From a virus (Duplodnaviria > Caudoviricetes), in the IMG/VR virus record IMGVR_UViG_3300017648_000017, positions 1 through 24,061 of that record: DNA of 24,061 nucleotides; one strand, written 5' to 3'. The notes under the pieces are model-generated. The model was not told the DNA's origin and searched no databases. It saw only the letters and a program-made list of their open reading frames with translations. Shown piece by piece: positions 15,490 to 24,061 of this stretch (positions within the stretch are counted from its first letter, which is position 1; every line of letters starts with the position of its first letter). Made by a program: the position numbers and the translations under genes.

Positions 15490-15760
15490 TCCTCCCATCC
15501 TCCCAAATTCGGGAGCTTGTGATTCGCTGTAACATGTTGAGTTTTCTGCGTTTGGGAGCTTGCGGGAGGAATGGGAGCTTTTTCTATATGTCACATGTGC
15601 GCGTGCGGGCGCGCGAGCGCATGAAAGCTCATATGGAAATAAGCTCCCAATCCTCCCATCCTCCCAAATGAAAATTTAAGCCTTTGATTACTTAAGGGCT
15701 TTTGTGATGGGAGGATCGAAGAGGGCCTTAGGCAAGCTCCCATCGATCCTCCCAAGGTAA
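15488..15760. repeat. putative replication origin with CTCCC/GGGAG iterons
   Basis: 21-bp direct repeat AATCCTCCCATCCTCCCAAAT (15488-15508 and 15649-15669), many GGGAG(CT)/(AG)CTCCC units in both orientations, and AT-rich spacers, directly after the helicase gene. Confidence 0.75.
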
Positions 15761-15847
15761 ATGTTCCAAGTCAGAACATTTAATTGACGGCAAGTCCGGC
15801 TTCGCCGGCACCAGCATACGAGGGGATATCGTCTGTTGGAGATATCG

Positions 15848-16519
15848 ATGAAGGAAACGGGCGCGCTGCAATGGAACGTTGGCGATATTGTCGGCCTTGT
15901 GAGCGGAGAGAGGCCGCGGCCCCAATCTCCGGCGGCTGCGTGGCATCTGGTGCAGGTCATGACGGGCCGCGAGCGGACCGTCGCTGAGTTTCTGCACCGC
16001 TACCGCTTCGAAACCTATTACCCGCTCACCACCGTGATGAAGGCGGTGCCGCGCAAACGGCTCTCGGCAAAGCAGCGGCGTAGCAAAGCGCGTATCGCGC
16101 GGCCAAAGATCGTACCGCTCCTGCCTGGCTATCTGCTGGTGTTGATGGATATGAAAGCGGGCGACTGGCACGCGCTGTTTCGGCTCGCCGGTGTGCGCGG
16201 TGTCTGGTGTGAGGGCGATTTGCCGGTGCCGATACGGCAGGCGGATCTCGACAATCTGCGTTGGCGTGAGGTCGATGGCGTCATTCCGGGTGATATCACC
16301 ATCGGTTCGCTGTTCTGCGGCAAGGTCGGCGACCGGGTGCGTATCACCGAAGGGCCGTTCGCCAGCTTTCCTGCCGTGATCGAGGAATTGCCGCCGGGTT
16401 ATCAACCGGGCGAGCGGCTCGAAGAGCTTGACGAATCGAAACGCGTGACGCTTCTTGTCAACATCTTCGGACGACCAACGCCGGTACATCTACCGTTAGG
16501 TGAGTTCGAGGCGATCTAA
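15848..16519 (+). CDS. NusG/RfaH-family antitermination protein (late-gene control)
   Basis: NGN domain (WHLVQV..GRE, PLLPGYLLV, GVRG) and KOW domain (VGDRVRITEGPF, LVNIFGRPTPV); GGAGA RBS before the ATG at 15848. Confidence 0.92.
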   Translation: MKETGALQWNVGDIVGLVSGERPRPQSPAAAWHLVQVMTGRERTVAEFLHRYRFETYYPLTTVMKAVPRKRLSAKQRRSKARIARPKIVPLLPGYLLVLMDMKAGDWHALFRLAGVRGVWCEGDLPVPIRQADLDNLRWREVDGVIPGDITIGSLFCGKVGDRVRITEGPFASFPAVIEELPPGYQPGERLEELDESKRVTLLVNIFGRPTPVHLPLGEFEAI

Positions 16520-16565
16520 TAGCAGCCACCCCGTAACCACCCGGAGTGCTGCGCATGCAATGTAG

Positions 16566-16595
16566 AAGCCCCGCCCGCGCGGGGCTTTGTCATTT
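16566..16595 (+). terminator. intrinsic terminator after the nusG-like gene
   Basis: AAGCCCCGC-CCGC-GCGGGGCTT followed by TGTCATTT. Confidence 0.65.
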
Positions 16596-16802
16596 CAGGA
16601 CATAGGGTGCGAGGGTGTTGTCTCCATCGCCTTGCGCTCCTTGGGGAAGGATGGCCCGGCCTGCATGCCTGCAGGTCGGGCTTTTGCGTTCATAGGGTGA
16701 GTGACGTCGGTTGCTACGTGCGCCGTTGTGGGAATGGCGGCTATGGCGCGAGTGCCGAACGCGCCGGGAATTGCCACGGTATCCAGTCCGTCAAGCGAAC
16801 GG

Positions 16803-16879
16803 CGTTGCTCGCTTCAATGGGCGTTTCCTCCCTAGACTTGTGGGCTGCCGTCATCGGTCGATGCGGCAGCCCATTGTTT
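16803..16879 (+). ncRNA. MmgR/suhB (alpha-r8)-family small RNA; 5' end approximate
   Basis: GGGCGTTTCCTCCCTAGACTTG core with the anti-SD seed TTTCCTCCCT at 16824-16833, a short 5' hairpin, and a 3' terminator TGGGCTGCCG...CGGCAGCCCA-TTGTTT. Confidence 0.8.
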
Positions 16880-16882
16880 AGA

Positions 16883-17170
16883 ATGGCAAGTGCACCTTGG
16901 AAAGCTTGGTACAAGACGGCGCGATGGGAGCGGCTTCGGCAGCAGGTGTTCCTGCGTGATCTCTACAAGTGCCAGCGGAGTGGTGTGCTCTGCATCGGCA
17001 AGCATCCTGCGCCCAACAGTCCGGTCGCCAACCATAAGCGGCCGCATCGCGGCAACCCGGAACTGTTCTGGGACCCCGACAACATCGAGACTGTCACCAA
17101 GCAGGTCCACGACAGCATCATCCAGGCGGAAGAGCAGGCGAGCCTGCACACCCGCGGCGTTTGGCACTGA
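16883..17170 (+). CDS. terminase-associated HNH endonuclease (HK97 gp74-like)
   Basis: WYKTARWERLR..VFLRDLYKCQ...VANHKRPHRG..ELFWDPDNIETV...HDS; located before terS. Confidence 0.85.
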   Translation: MASAPWKAWYKTARWERLRQQVFLRDLYKCQRSGVLCIGKHPAPNSPVANHKRPHRGNPELFWDPDNIETVTKQVHDSIIQAEEQASLHTRGVWH

Positions 17171-17257
17171 TCGGTCGAGGGGGTGGGGGTGGGTAAATTC
17201 CTCGCCGGCCTCGATCGCCCGGACCGGCGGCTCCCTCAGTCAGGGATTTTTTATTCG
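17171..17257. other. probable cos region
   Basis: Intergenic between HNH and terS, with G-rich GGGGGTGGG, GGACCGGCG and a T-tract; this is the typical position in cos phages. Confidence 0.5.
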
Positions 17258-17743
17258 ATGAGCCAAGTTTTTGACCTGTTTGGTGATCCCGTTCCCGCGA
17301 ATTGGGGACAGCGCGGCCGGCCTGAACATGTCGCATCACAGCAAAATCGGAATCGTGTCAGCATGTTAGTGGCAGCGGGCTGGAGCAACGCGCGGATCGC
17401 TGCGGCGCTCTACATCACCGTGCCGACTTTGCGGAAGCATTATTTTTCCGAGCTGCGGTATCGGGCCGTCGCTCGCGACCGGCTGAACGCGAACATGATG
17501 ACCAAGCTGTTCGAGCTGTTCATGGCCGGCAACGTCGCAGCTGGTCGGGAGTTCCGCGACCTGATGCGCGAGAATGACCGGATGGAGATCGAGCGGTCGA
17601 TGGCCGCGCAGCCCAAACACGATGATGAGAAGACCACGCGCCTCGGCAAAAAGGAGCTCGACGCGCAGCGCGCGATCGCCGCCGATGCCGACCTGATGGC
17701 CGAACTGGAAAGCGAAGCGTCGAGCAATGCAGCCCGTCACTAA
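17258..17743 (+). CDS. terS: terminase small subunit
   Basis: RGRPEH...GWSNARIAAAL.ITVPTLRKHY HTH and LGKKE motif; precedes terL. Confidence 0.8.
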   Translation: MSQVFDLFGDPVPANWGQRGRPEHVASQQNRNRVSMLVAAGWSNARIAAALYITVPTLRKHYFSELRYRAVARDRLNANMMTKLFELFMAGNVAAGREFRDLMRENDRMEIERSMAAQPKHDDEKTTRLGKKELDAQRAIAADADLMAELESEASSNAARH

Positions 17744-19451
17744 ATCGCCCGCACGCTTCGCGTGCCCGGATTGGTGGGACCGTCTCCGCGACGGGCGGAC
17801 ACCGATGGCGGATGTGCCGGTCAACCGGAAGCGTGCCGATAAGGCATTGGCATTCTTCAATCGGCTGAAACTGCCGGACGTTCCTGGTACGCCGTCGCTC
17901 GCCGATGCATGCGGCGATTGGTTTCGTGAAATCCTCGTCGCATTCCTTGCCAGCGAAGATCCCCACACCAAGGCGCGCCTGGTGTGGGAGCTGCTCTGCA
18001 TGGTGCCGAAGAAAAACTCGAAGACGACCTATGTCGCAGCGCTTGGCCTTACTGCGTTGTTCATGGAGGAAGCGCCGAACCGCCAGATGCTGATCGTCGC
18101 GCCGAGCCAGAACATCTCGCAGCGATGTTTCGAGCAGGCGCATGGGATGATCCGCCTCGATCATCGCCTCGATTCGATCTTCAAGGTGCAGGACAACATC
18201 AAGTCGATAACGCGTCGCAAAACCGGCACGGCTCTGGACGTCAAGACTTTCGACACGTCGATCGTCACCGGCGAAATCCCGATCCTGACAATCATCGACG
18301 AGGTGCATGAGCTCGGCAAGAAGGCGAAGGCTGCGGCTGTCATGCAGCAGATTCGAGGTGGCGGCATCACGATGCAGGGCGGTCAGGTGCTGATGATCAC
18401 CACGCAGTCGGACGAGCCGCCGGCCGGGATCTGGAAGACCGAACTGGAGAAGGCGCGCAAGATCCGCGACGGCAGGGCGGGGAGCTCGCCGATCATGCTG
18501 CCGGTGCTGTACGAGTTTCCGCAGGACCTGCAGCGCAATCAGTCGTATTGGCGCGACACGCAGAACTGGAAGTACTTGCTGCCGAACCTCGGCCGCTCAA
18601 TCGATCCGCAACGGCTGATCGACGACTATGAGAACAATGGTCGCGCTACGCCGCAGGCTGAACAGATTTGGGCCTCCCAACATCTCAACATTCAGATCGG
18701 CGTCGGCCTCGGCGATCAGAACTGGCGCGCCGTCGACTACTGGTCCGATGCCGCCGACCACTCGCTCACGCTGGATTCGCTGATCGCGCGTTCGGAAGTC
18801 GTGACGATCGGTTTCGACATCGGAGGCCTCGACGATTTGTTCGGGATCGCGGTGATCGGCCGCGAGAGGGCGACACGTCATTGGCTGATGTGGAACAAGG
18901 CATGGGCGGTCCGCGAAATTCTCAATCTTCGAAAGGATATCGCACCAAAGCTGCTGGAGTTCGAAGCTGAAGGCTCGTTGGAGTTTGTGAGTAAGCCAGG
19001 TGAGCTTGCGCCAAAGGTGGTCGATATCGTTGAGTATGTTTCGCGAGCTGGTCTGCTGCCTGCGAAGGATGCATTTGCGTTTGATCCGAACAATATCGGC
19101 GCCATCGTCGAAGAATTGTCTGGCCGCGGCCTCGGTGATGCCATGCTGCGGCGACTTCTAACGCAGGGTCCTGCACTCTCGCCGGCGATCTACATGATCC
19201 CGATGAAGCTGGCCGATGGCACGTTTCATCACGCGGGGCAGGCACTTATGGATTTTTGCGTCGGCAACGCGAAGATCGAAATGGTTGGCAACGGCCTGAA
19301 GATGACCAAGCAGATTGCAGGCAGCGCCAAGATCGATCCTGTCATTGCCAGCTTGTGTGCGGCCATGGTCATGAGCTGGAATCCATCCGCAGTTACGCCG
19401 GCGACATCGCCTTGGGATGATCCTTCATTCTCGCTGGTATCTGCGGCATGA
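17727..19451 (+). CDS. terL: terminase large subunit
   Basis: 574 aa; VPKKNSKTT Walker A variant, IIDEVH Walker B, ITTQ motif C, and nuclease motifs GFDIGGLDDL and KIDPVIA. Confidence 0.95.
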   Translation: MQPVTKSPARFACPDWWDRLRDGRTPMADVPVNRKRADKALAFFNRLKLPDVPGTPSLADACGDWFREILVAFLASEDPHTKARLVWELLCMVPKKNSKTTYVAALGLTALFMEEAPNRQMLIVAPSQNISQRCFEQAHGMIRLDHRLDSIFKVQDNIKSITRRKTGTALDVKTFDTSIVTGEIPILTIIDEVHELGKKAKAAAVMQQIRGGGITMQGGQVLMITTQSDEPPAGIWKTELEKARKIRDGRAGSSPIMLPVLYEFPQDLQRNQSYWRDTQNWKYLLPNLGRSIDPQRLIDDYENNGRATPQAEQIWASQHLNIQIGVGLGDQNWRAVDYWSDAADHSLTLDSLIARSEVVTIGFDIGGLDDLFGIAVIGRERATRHWLMWNKAWAVREILNLRKDIAPKLLEFEAEGSLEFVSKPGELAPKVVDIVEYVSRAGLLPAKDAFAFDPNNIGAIVEELSGRGLGDAMLRRLLTQGPALSPAIYMIPMKLADGTFHHAGQALMDFCVGNAKIEMVGNGLKMTKQIAGSAKIDPVIASLCAAMVMSWNPSAVTPATSPWDDPSFSLVSAA

Positions 19452-20779
19452 AGCTCGGAATCGAAATCAGCCGTTCGTCCGCGGAGGCGCGCTCGGGCAG
19501 CATCGAAAATCCCGGCGTGCCTGTGTCGCAGACCGCCGAATTTATGGCGTTCTTCGGTCTGGATTCGGTGCGGCTCCCCAATGTCACGCCGGACAGTGCG
19601 TTGACAGTGCCGGCGGTTGCCTGTGCAGTCGCGTTTCTATCCCGAACGTTGGCCGCAGTTCCGCTGCACGCCTATCGCGGCACGAGAGAGGGACCGGTGC
19701 GGCTCACCGGCAGAACGGCTGTCACCATCCATGAGAATCCGAACGACCTCATGGATACATTCAAGTTTCGTCAGTATTTCTGGCAGCAGGTGTTCACCGG
19801 CGGTCGCGGCTTAGCATGGATCGAGCGCAATGGCTCGATGATCGAGGCCCTGTGGCCGATGGACCCGCGTAAAACCACGATCAAGCGTTCCGGCTTCACG
19901 CTGACCTACACGCATGACGGCAAGACCTATCAGGCGGCCGACGTGATCGATGTTCCCTTCATGCTGAAGGCCGATCAGACCGGGCATTATGGGCCTATCA
20001 GACTGGCGGCCAAAGCCATCCAGCTCGCGCTGGCGATGAACGATTACGGCAGCACCTTCTTTGCCGGCGGCGGTGTCCCGCCACTGTCACTCGAAGGTCC
20101 GTTGCCGCAGGGTGCGCCTGCGCTGGAACGCGCCATGGGCGATGTCCAGCGCGCCATCGATCAGGCGCGCACGGGCAGCAAGCCGATCGTACCAATTCCG
20201 CCCGGGCACAAGCTGGCGCCGATCGGTCTCGACCCTGAAAAGGGTCAAATGACGACTGCGCGGCTATTCCAGATTCAGGAGATCGCCCGCGCCTGGCAGA
20301 TTCCGCCGGTGTTCTTGCAGGATATCTCCAAAGGAACGCTGAACAACGTCGAGCAGCAGGACATCAATCTCGTCAAGCACCTGATCGGCCAATGGGCCAA
20401 GGCGCTGGAAGGCGAGATGAACCTCAAGCTGTTCGGTCGCTTCAATGGCAATCGCTACGTCGAGCATAACCTCGACGGCTTGATGCGCGGCGACCTCAAA
20501 TCCCGGATCGAAGCCATCGCACGCGCGGTCCAGACTGCGCAGCTCACGCCGAACGAGGCGCGCGCGCTTGACAATCGGCCGAAGCATCCGAATCCGGCCG
20601 CGGACGAATTGCTGGTGCAGGGTGCAACCGTTGTACTCGGACAGCAGCCGGCTGCCGGCATTGGTCATAACGGCGGGCCCACGCTGGATGGCAACGATCC
20701 GCCGGAAGACGGCGACGCGACCGACGAAACCCCTCCCGAGGACGAAAATGATGAGCAAAACGACGAGACCGGAGTGTGA
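19448..20779 (+). CDS. HK97-family portal protein
   Basis: ALTVPAVACAV, NPNDLMDTFKF, EIARAWQIPP, NVEQQ and TPNEARAL. Confidence 0.95.
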   Translation: MKLGIEISRSSAEARSGSIENPGVPVSQTAEFMAFFGLDSVRLPNVTPDSALTVPAVACAVAFLSRTLAAVPLHAYRGTREGPVRLTGRTAVTIHENPNDLMDTFKFRQYFWQQVFTGGRGLAWIERNGSMIEALWPMDPRKTTIKRSGFTLTYTHDGKTYQAADVIDVPFMLKADQTGHYGPIRLAAKAIQLALAMNDYGSTFFAGGGVPPLSLEGPLPQGAPALERAMGDVQRAIDQARTGSKPIVPIPPGHKLAPIGLDPEKGQMTTARLFQIQEIARAWQIPPVFLQDISKGTLNNVEQQDINLVKHLIGQWAKALEGEMNLKLFGRFNGNRYVEHNLDGLMRGDLKSRIEAIARAVQTAQLTPNEARALDNRPKHPNPAADELLVQGATVVLGQQPAAGIGHNGGPTLDGNDPPEDGDATDETPPEDENDEQNDETGV

Positions 20780-21362
20780 ACACCGCGCGCTTGTTCGGCC
20801 GGTTGAGCGGCGTGACGTTGATGGAGTCACGACCGTTGCAGGTTATGCGGCTGTCTTCGGTGAGGTGGCCGACATCGGCGGCTATTTCCAAGAGGTGATT
20901 GCGCGCGGCGCATTCACGGAGACGTTGCGGACTGCTGATGTGCGCGCCTATTACGACCATGACCGTGGCCGCGTGCTGGGGCGCAGCTCCGCCGGCACGC
21001 TCCGCCTCAAGGAAGATCAGAAGGGGCTGTATGTCGAGATCAACCTTCCGGACACCTCGGATGGTCGCGACGTCAAGACGCTCATCGAGCGCGGCGACAT
21101 TACCGGGATGTCCTTTGGTTTCTCGGTGTTGCGTCAGGAGTGGGACGAGACGGTCGAGCCGCCGAAGCGCACGATCCTTGAGGTCGAGCTGTCGGAGGTC
21201 AGCATTGTGTCGAACCCGGCATACGAGGGCACCTCGATCGCTCTCCGTTCGCTGGATGAGGCGCGGAAAGAGCGTCGTCAGCAGAATTTCAGCGCCGCCG
21301 CGCGTCGCGTCGGCATGAAAGTTTCCCTCGACCTGCAGACGCGGGCGAGGAGTAAAGCCTAG
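20748..21362 (+). CDS. HK97 prohead protease
   Basis: GYAAVF, FQEVIARGAF, YYDHD, GMSFGF and EVSIVSNPAY. Confidence 0.95.
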   Translation: MMSKTTRPECEHRALVRPVERRDVDGVTTVAGYAAVFGEVADIGGYFQEVIARGAFTETLRTADVRAYYDHDRGRVLGRSSAGTLRLKEDQKGLYVEINLPDTSDGRDVKTLIERGDITGMSFGFSVLRQEWDETVEPPKRTILEVELSEVSIVSNPAYEGTSIALRSLDEARKERRQQNFSAAARRVGMKVSLDLQTRARSKA

Positions 21363-21409
21363 GCGTTCCGCCGAAGCCCAACCATTCACATCGACGAAAG
21401 GATAGACCG

Positions 21410-22843
21410 ATGAAAAAGGTCTGTATTATGGCCGCTGCGCTGGCGGCAATCGCTATCTGCAGCGTTGTTCTTGTATCCCCTGATGCGATGGCAGCGATGC
21501 TTCCGCATGTTCACGACCACCAGATTCTCTCCACGATCGTGGCGAATGCCTCGGTGCTTGCCGGTGTTGCCACGAATAGCCGCGTCAAGGAACTGCGCCA
21601 GCGGCAGGAGCAGATCGTTTCCGAAGCACGCGAACGCCTGAACCAGATCACCACGGCGACTGATGAGGCACGCGCGACTGAACTGGAAACGCAGCACGAC
21701 GCTGCCATGGCTGAATATGACCGCATCGGCAAGCAGATCGAGCGCGAGGAACGTCTTGCGGCACTTGAACAGCGCTCGGCCGAGGAGCGGGCCAAGCGCC
21801 GTCCGGTGCCGGGTGACGCGGAAGCGTCGGGTCAGGATGCCGGCGACGCCATCGACTATCGGCACGCCTTCCATCGTTATGTGCAGGAGCGCGGCGACCT
21901 TTCGGCGCTGTCGGCCGAGGAACGCGCTGCCCTCCAAGGCGGCGTGACGAAGGTGGAAACCCGCACCCAGGTCACCACCAGTGGCGGCTCGGGCGGCTAT
22001 ACTGTGCCGACCGAACTGAGCAACCAGATCATCAAGTCGATGAAGGCTTGGGGTCCGATGTACGATGAGAATATCTGCACGGTGATGAACACCAGCGCAG
22101 GTAACCCGATCGACATTCCGACGATCGATGACACCGGTGTGGCGGTCGCCAAACATACTGAGGGTGGTGCGGTCACCGATGATGGCGGCTCGGATGCGAC
22201 CTTCGACAAGAAGACGTTGAACGCTTATGCCTACGACACCGAATGGGTCAAGTTCTCCTGGGAACTGGCGCAGGATTCGATCTTCAACTTCGAGGCCCTG
22301 CTCGGCGATCTTCTCGGCCAGCGTCTTGGTCGGCGCGCCAATACCGAGTTGACCGTCGGCGACGGCAATGGCGACCCGAACGGCATTGTTACCGCGTCGA
22401 CGCTAGGCAAGACGGCGGCGGCGACTGCCGCGATCACCTGGGACGAGATCATCGATCTCGAACACTCGGTGGATCCCGCATACCGGGCTTCGCCGAAGGC
22501 GCGCTACATGTTCAACGACAGCACGCTGTCGGCAGTCCGCAAGCTGAAGGACGGCCAGGGCAACTATCTCTGGCAGATGGGTGACGTGCAGAAGGGCATT
22601 CCCGGCAGCTTCAACGGCCGGCCCTACAGCATCAACCAGGCCATGGACTCCCTCGGCGCCGGCAAGAAGGTCATGCTGTTCGGCGACTTCTCCAAGTATT
22701 TTGTCCGCAAGGTCGGTGGCATCGTGATGTTCGTCGCCCGCGAGCGTTTTGCGCCGGACATCGGGCTGCTCGGCCTGATCCGGCTGGACGGCGAGCTGGG
22801 CGACACGGCCGCTGTGAAGCACCTCATCACGGCCGCGGCGTAA
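21410..22843 (+). CDS. HK97-fold major capsid protein
   Basis: Coiled-coil delta domain, GGYTVPTEL, GDGNGDPNGI, KLKDGQGNYLW and FGDFS; AAGGA RBS. Confidence 0.95.
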   Translation: MKKVCIMAAALAAIAICSVVLVSPDAMAAMLPHVHDHQILSTIVANASVLAGVATNSRVKELRQRQEQIVSEARERLNQITTATDEARATELETQHDAAMAEYDRIGKQIEREERLAALEQRSAEERAKRRPVPGDAEASGQDAGDAIDYRHAFHRYVQERGDLSALSAEERAALQGGVTKVETRTQVTTSGGSGGYTVPTELSNQIIKSMKAWGPMYDENICTVMNTSAGNPIDIPTIDDTGVAVAKHTEGGAVTDDGGSDATFDKKTLNAYAYDTEWVKFSWELAQDSIFNFEALLGDLLGQRLGRRANTELTVGDGNGDPNGIVTASTLGKTAAATAAITWDEIIDLEHSVDPAYRASPKARYMFNDSTLSAVRKLKDGQGNYLWQMGDVQKGIPGSFNGRPYSINQAMDSLGAGKKVMLFGDFSKYFVRKVGGIVMFVARERFAPDIGLLGLIRLDGELGDTAAVKHLITAAA

Positions 22844-22911
22844 GACGCCGCCTCACGCCGAATGGTGGGCGCCTGCGGGCGCTCACCTCCGCCCTGGGAA
22901 AGGCATCATTC

Positions 22912-23106
22912 ATGAAAATCCGAATGCTGGTGAGCATCGCGGGTGCGGGTTTTGCACTGAGCGCAGGCGACGAAACCGACCGTTTCAGCGACGCCGAAGC
23001 CGTCCGTCTGATCGAGTTCGGCGCGGCCGTGCCCGTTACTGACGAACAGATCGAGCGCACGGTGAAACCGGAAGCGCGGGAAACTCGCAAAGGGAAACGG
23101 GACTGA
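22912..23106 (+). CDS. small virion-associated hypothetical protein
   Basis: 64 aa (GD...EAVRLIEFGAAVPV) at the usual position after the capsid gene. Confidence 0.75.
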   Translation: MKIRMLVSIAGAGFALSAGDETDRFSDAEAVRLIEFGAAVPVTDEQIERTVKPEARETRKGKRD

Positions 23107-23651
23107 TGTGGTATCCCGCCTCGATCGAGACGTCTGCCAGCGCCGAGCCCGTCACGCTCGCCGAGGTCAAGGCGCAGGCCATCATTGACGACAACGACAA
23201 TGATGAGCTGATCGGCCGCCTGATCAGGGTCGCGCGGTCGCATGTCGAGGCGTATTGCAATATCGCGTTGGCGGAGCAGATAGTGGCCGCCCGGTGCGAT
23301 GGTTTCAGCGACCTGGCGCGGCTGCCGATCGCGCCGGTGCAGGATATCGAGTCCATCAAGTACGTGGATGCCGCAGGAGCCGAACAGACGCTGCCTGATA
23401 CGGTTTACGAGCTGCGCAACGATGACCTTGAGGTGTCGGTTGTGCTCAAGGCCGGGCAGCGCTGGCCGGCGGTACAGCCGGGCTCACGCATCACGGTGAA
23501 AGCGCTGGTCGGTTACGACGAAGTGCCGGCCGCGATCAGGCACGCCATGTTGCTCTGGATCGCGGAAAATTACGCCAAGCGCGAGATCGAGGCGGCGCAG
23601 GGTTTCACCGCCTTTGATGCGCTGCTCTGCAACTTCCGGCGGGGTGTCTGA
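23106..23651 (+). CDS. head-tail connector (gp6-like)
   Basis: EPVTLAEVKAQ, ARSHVEAYC and VPAAIRHAMLLWIA. Confidence 0.9.
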   Translation: MWYPASIETSASAEPVTLAEVKAQAIIDDNDNDELIGRLIRVARSHVEAYCNIALAEQIVAARCDGFSDLARLPIAPVQDIESIKYVDAAGAEQTLPDTVYELRNDDLEVSVVLKAGQRWPAVQPGSRITVKALVGYDEVPAAIRHAMLLWIAENYAKREIEAAQGFTAFDALLCNFRRGV

Positions 23652-23995
23652 TGGCCGACATCAATGCCGGCGATCTCTACTACCGTGTCCACTGCCAGCG
23701 GCGCGTCGAGCGCGACGATGGCTACGGCAACACGGTCGCGGAATTTGCAACCGAGTTCACGGTTCGCGCGGCCTATCGCCATCTGCGCGGCGGCGAGGCC
23801 GTTATGGCGTCGCGGCTCGCGAACCGCCATCCCGTGCTGATCACCGTGCGCGCCTCGAGCCAGACGCGGCAGATCAATTCGGATTGGCGCCTGGTCGATG
23901 CCCGAGGCGGCACTGAATGGGCCGTTCGCGACGTGACCGCCGAGACCGATCGGCAGTTCATCACCTTCCTTTGTGAGAGCGGCGTGGCCGCATAG
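23651..23995 (+). CDS. head closure/head-tail adaptor (SPP1 gp16-like)
   Basis: AGDL..RV, DDGYGN, GGEAVMASRL, ITVR and WRLVD. Confidence 0.88.
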   Translation: MADINAGDLYYRVHCQRRVERDDGYGNTVAEFATEFTVRAAYRHLRGGEAVMASRLANRHPVLITVRASSQTRQINSDWRLVDARGGTEWAVRDVTAETDRQFITFLCESGVAA

Positions 23996-24014
23996 ACCTC
24001 CGCAGGAAACCGCA

Positions 24015-24061
24015 ATGAAGACCGTGCTTATGCACCGTGACTATTCCTATCGCGCCAAGGC
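24015..24061 (+). CDS. start of the next structural-region gene (partial)
   Basis: AGGA RBS, then MKTVLMHRDYSYRAK running off the window. Confidence 0.55.
   Translation, partial: MKTVLMHRDYSYRAK

Larger units (their letters stand above)
723..24061. mobile_element. temperate HK97-like phage/prophage, continuing past the right edge
   Basis: Canonical gene order: int, early-left operon, cI/cro, replication, late control, HNH/terminase/portal/protease/capsid/head completion. The left boundary is inferred from the tRNA-Cys truncation. Confidence 0.92.

Noticed and set aside
15676-15695. Possible CtrA box in the origin region
   Set aside because: The TTAA half-sites are 12 bp apart, not 7.
16595-16882. 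60-aa minus-strand ORF and the N-terminal extension of the HNH ORF from 16607
   Set aside because: Atypical composition, and the extension crosses the sRNA and terminator; HNH similarity starts at ATG 16883.
16883-17170. HNH lacking the usual CxxC pairs, suggesting a pseudogene
   Set aside because: The ORF is intact with the His/Asn/His residues retained; a zinc-free variant is plausible.
22864-22887. GC-rich hairpin after the capsid gene as a terminator
   Set aside because: It has no U-tract; more likely an ordinary mRNA-stabilising stem.

Overview
This window holds the left part of a temperate HK97-like (cos-type) phage or prophage of a GC-rich alphaproteobacterium, judged from the Rhizobiales-like tRNA, CtrA and MmgR sequences. 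It opens with the 3' end of a secreted CHAP-like gene and a truncated 5' half of tRNA-Cys, the probable att junction. Next come a 112-nt tRNA-Leu-shaped RNA whose anticodon arm is replaced by a 42-nt hairpin, then an apparently intact attP (tRNA-Glu-like 3' core between tandem arm repeats) and a tyrosine integrase. The immunity region has a leftward early operon and a cI/cro switch with 17-bp operators. The long rightward early operon carries a cII-like gene, two ParB-family genes, a receiver-less CtrA-like regulator behind a G12 tract, a DNA methyltransferase, a TSCPD-like protein, primase and SF3 helicase, followed by an iteron origin. The late region has a NusG-family antiterminator, an MmgR/suhB-like sRNA, HNH, cos region, terminase, portal, protease, capsid and head-completion genes. 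The best leads are the tRNA-mimic RNA with the two att sites, the CtrA mimic with its poly-G tract, the phage-borne MmgR-like sRNA and the signal-peptide-like capsid N-terminus. All family calls come from motif recognition; no searches were run.
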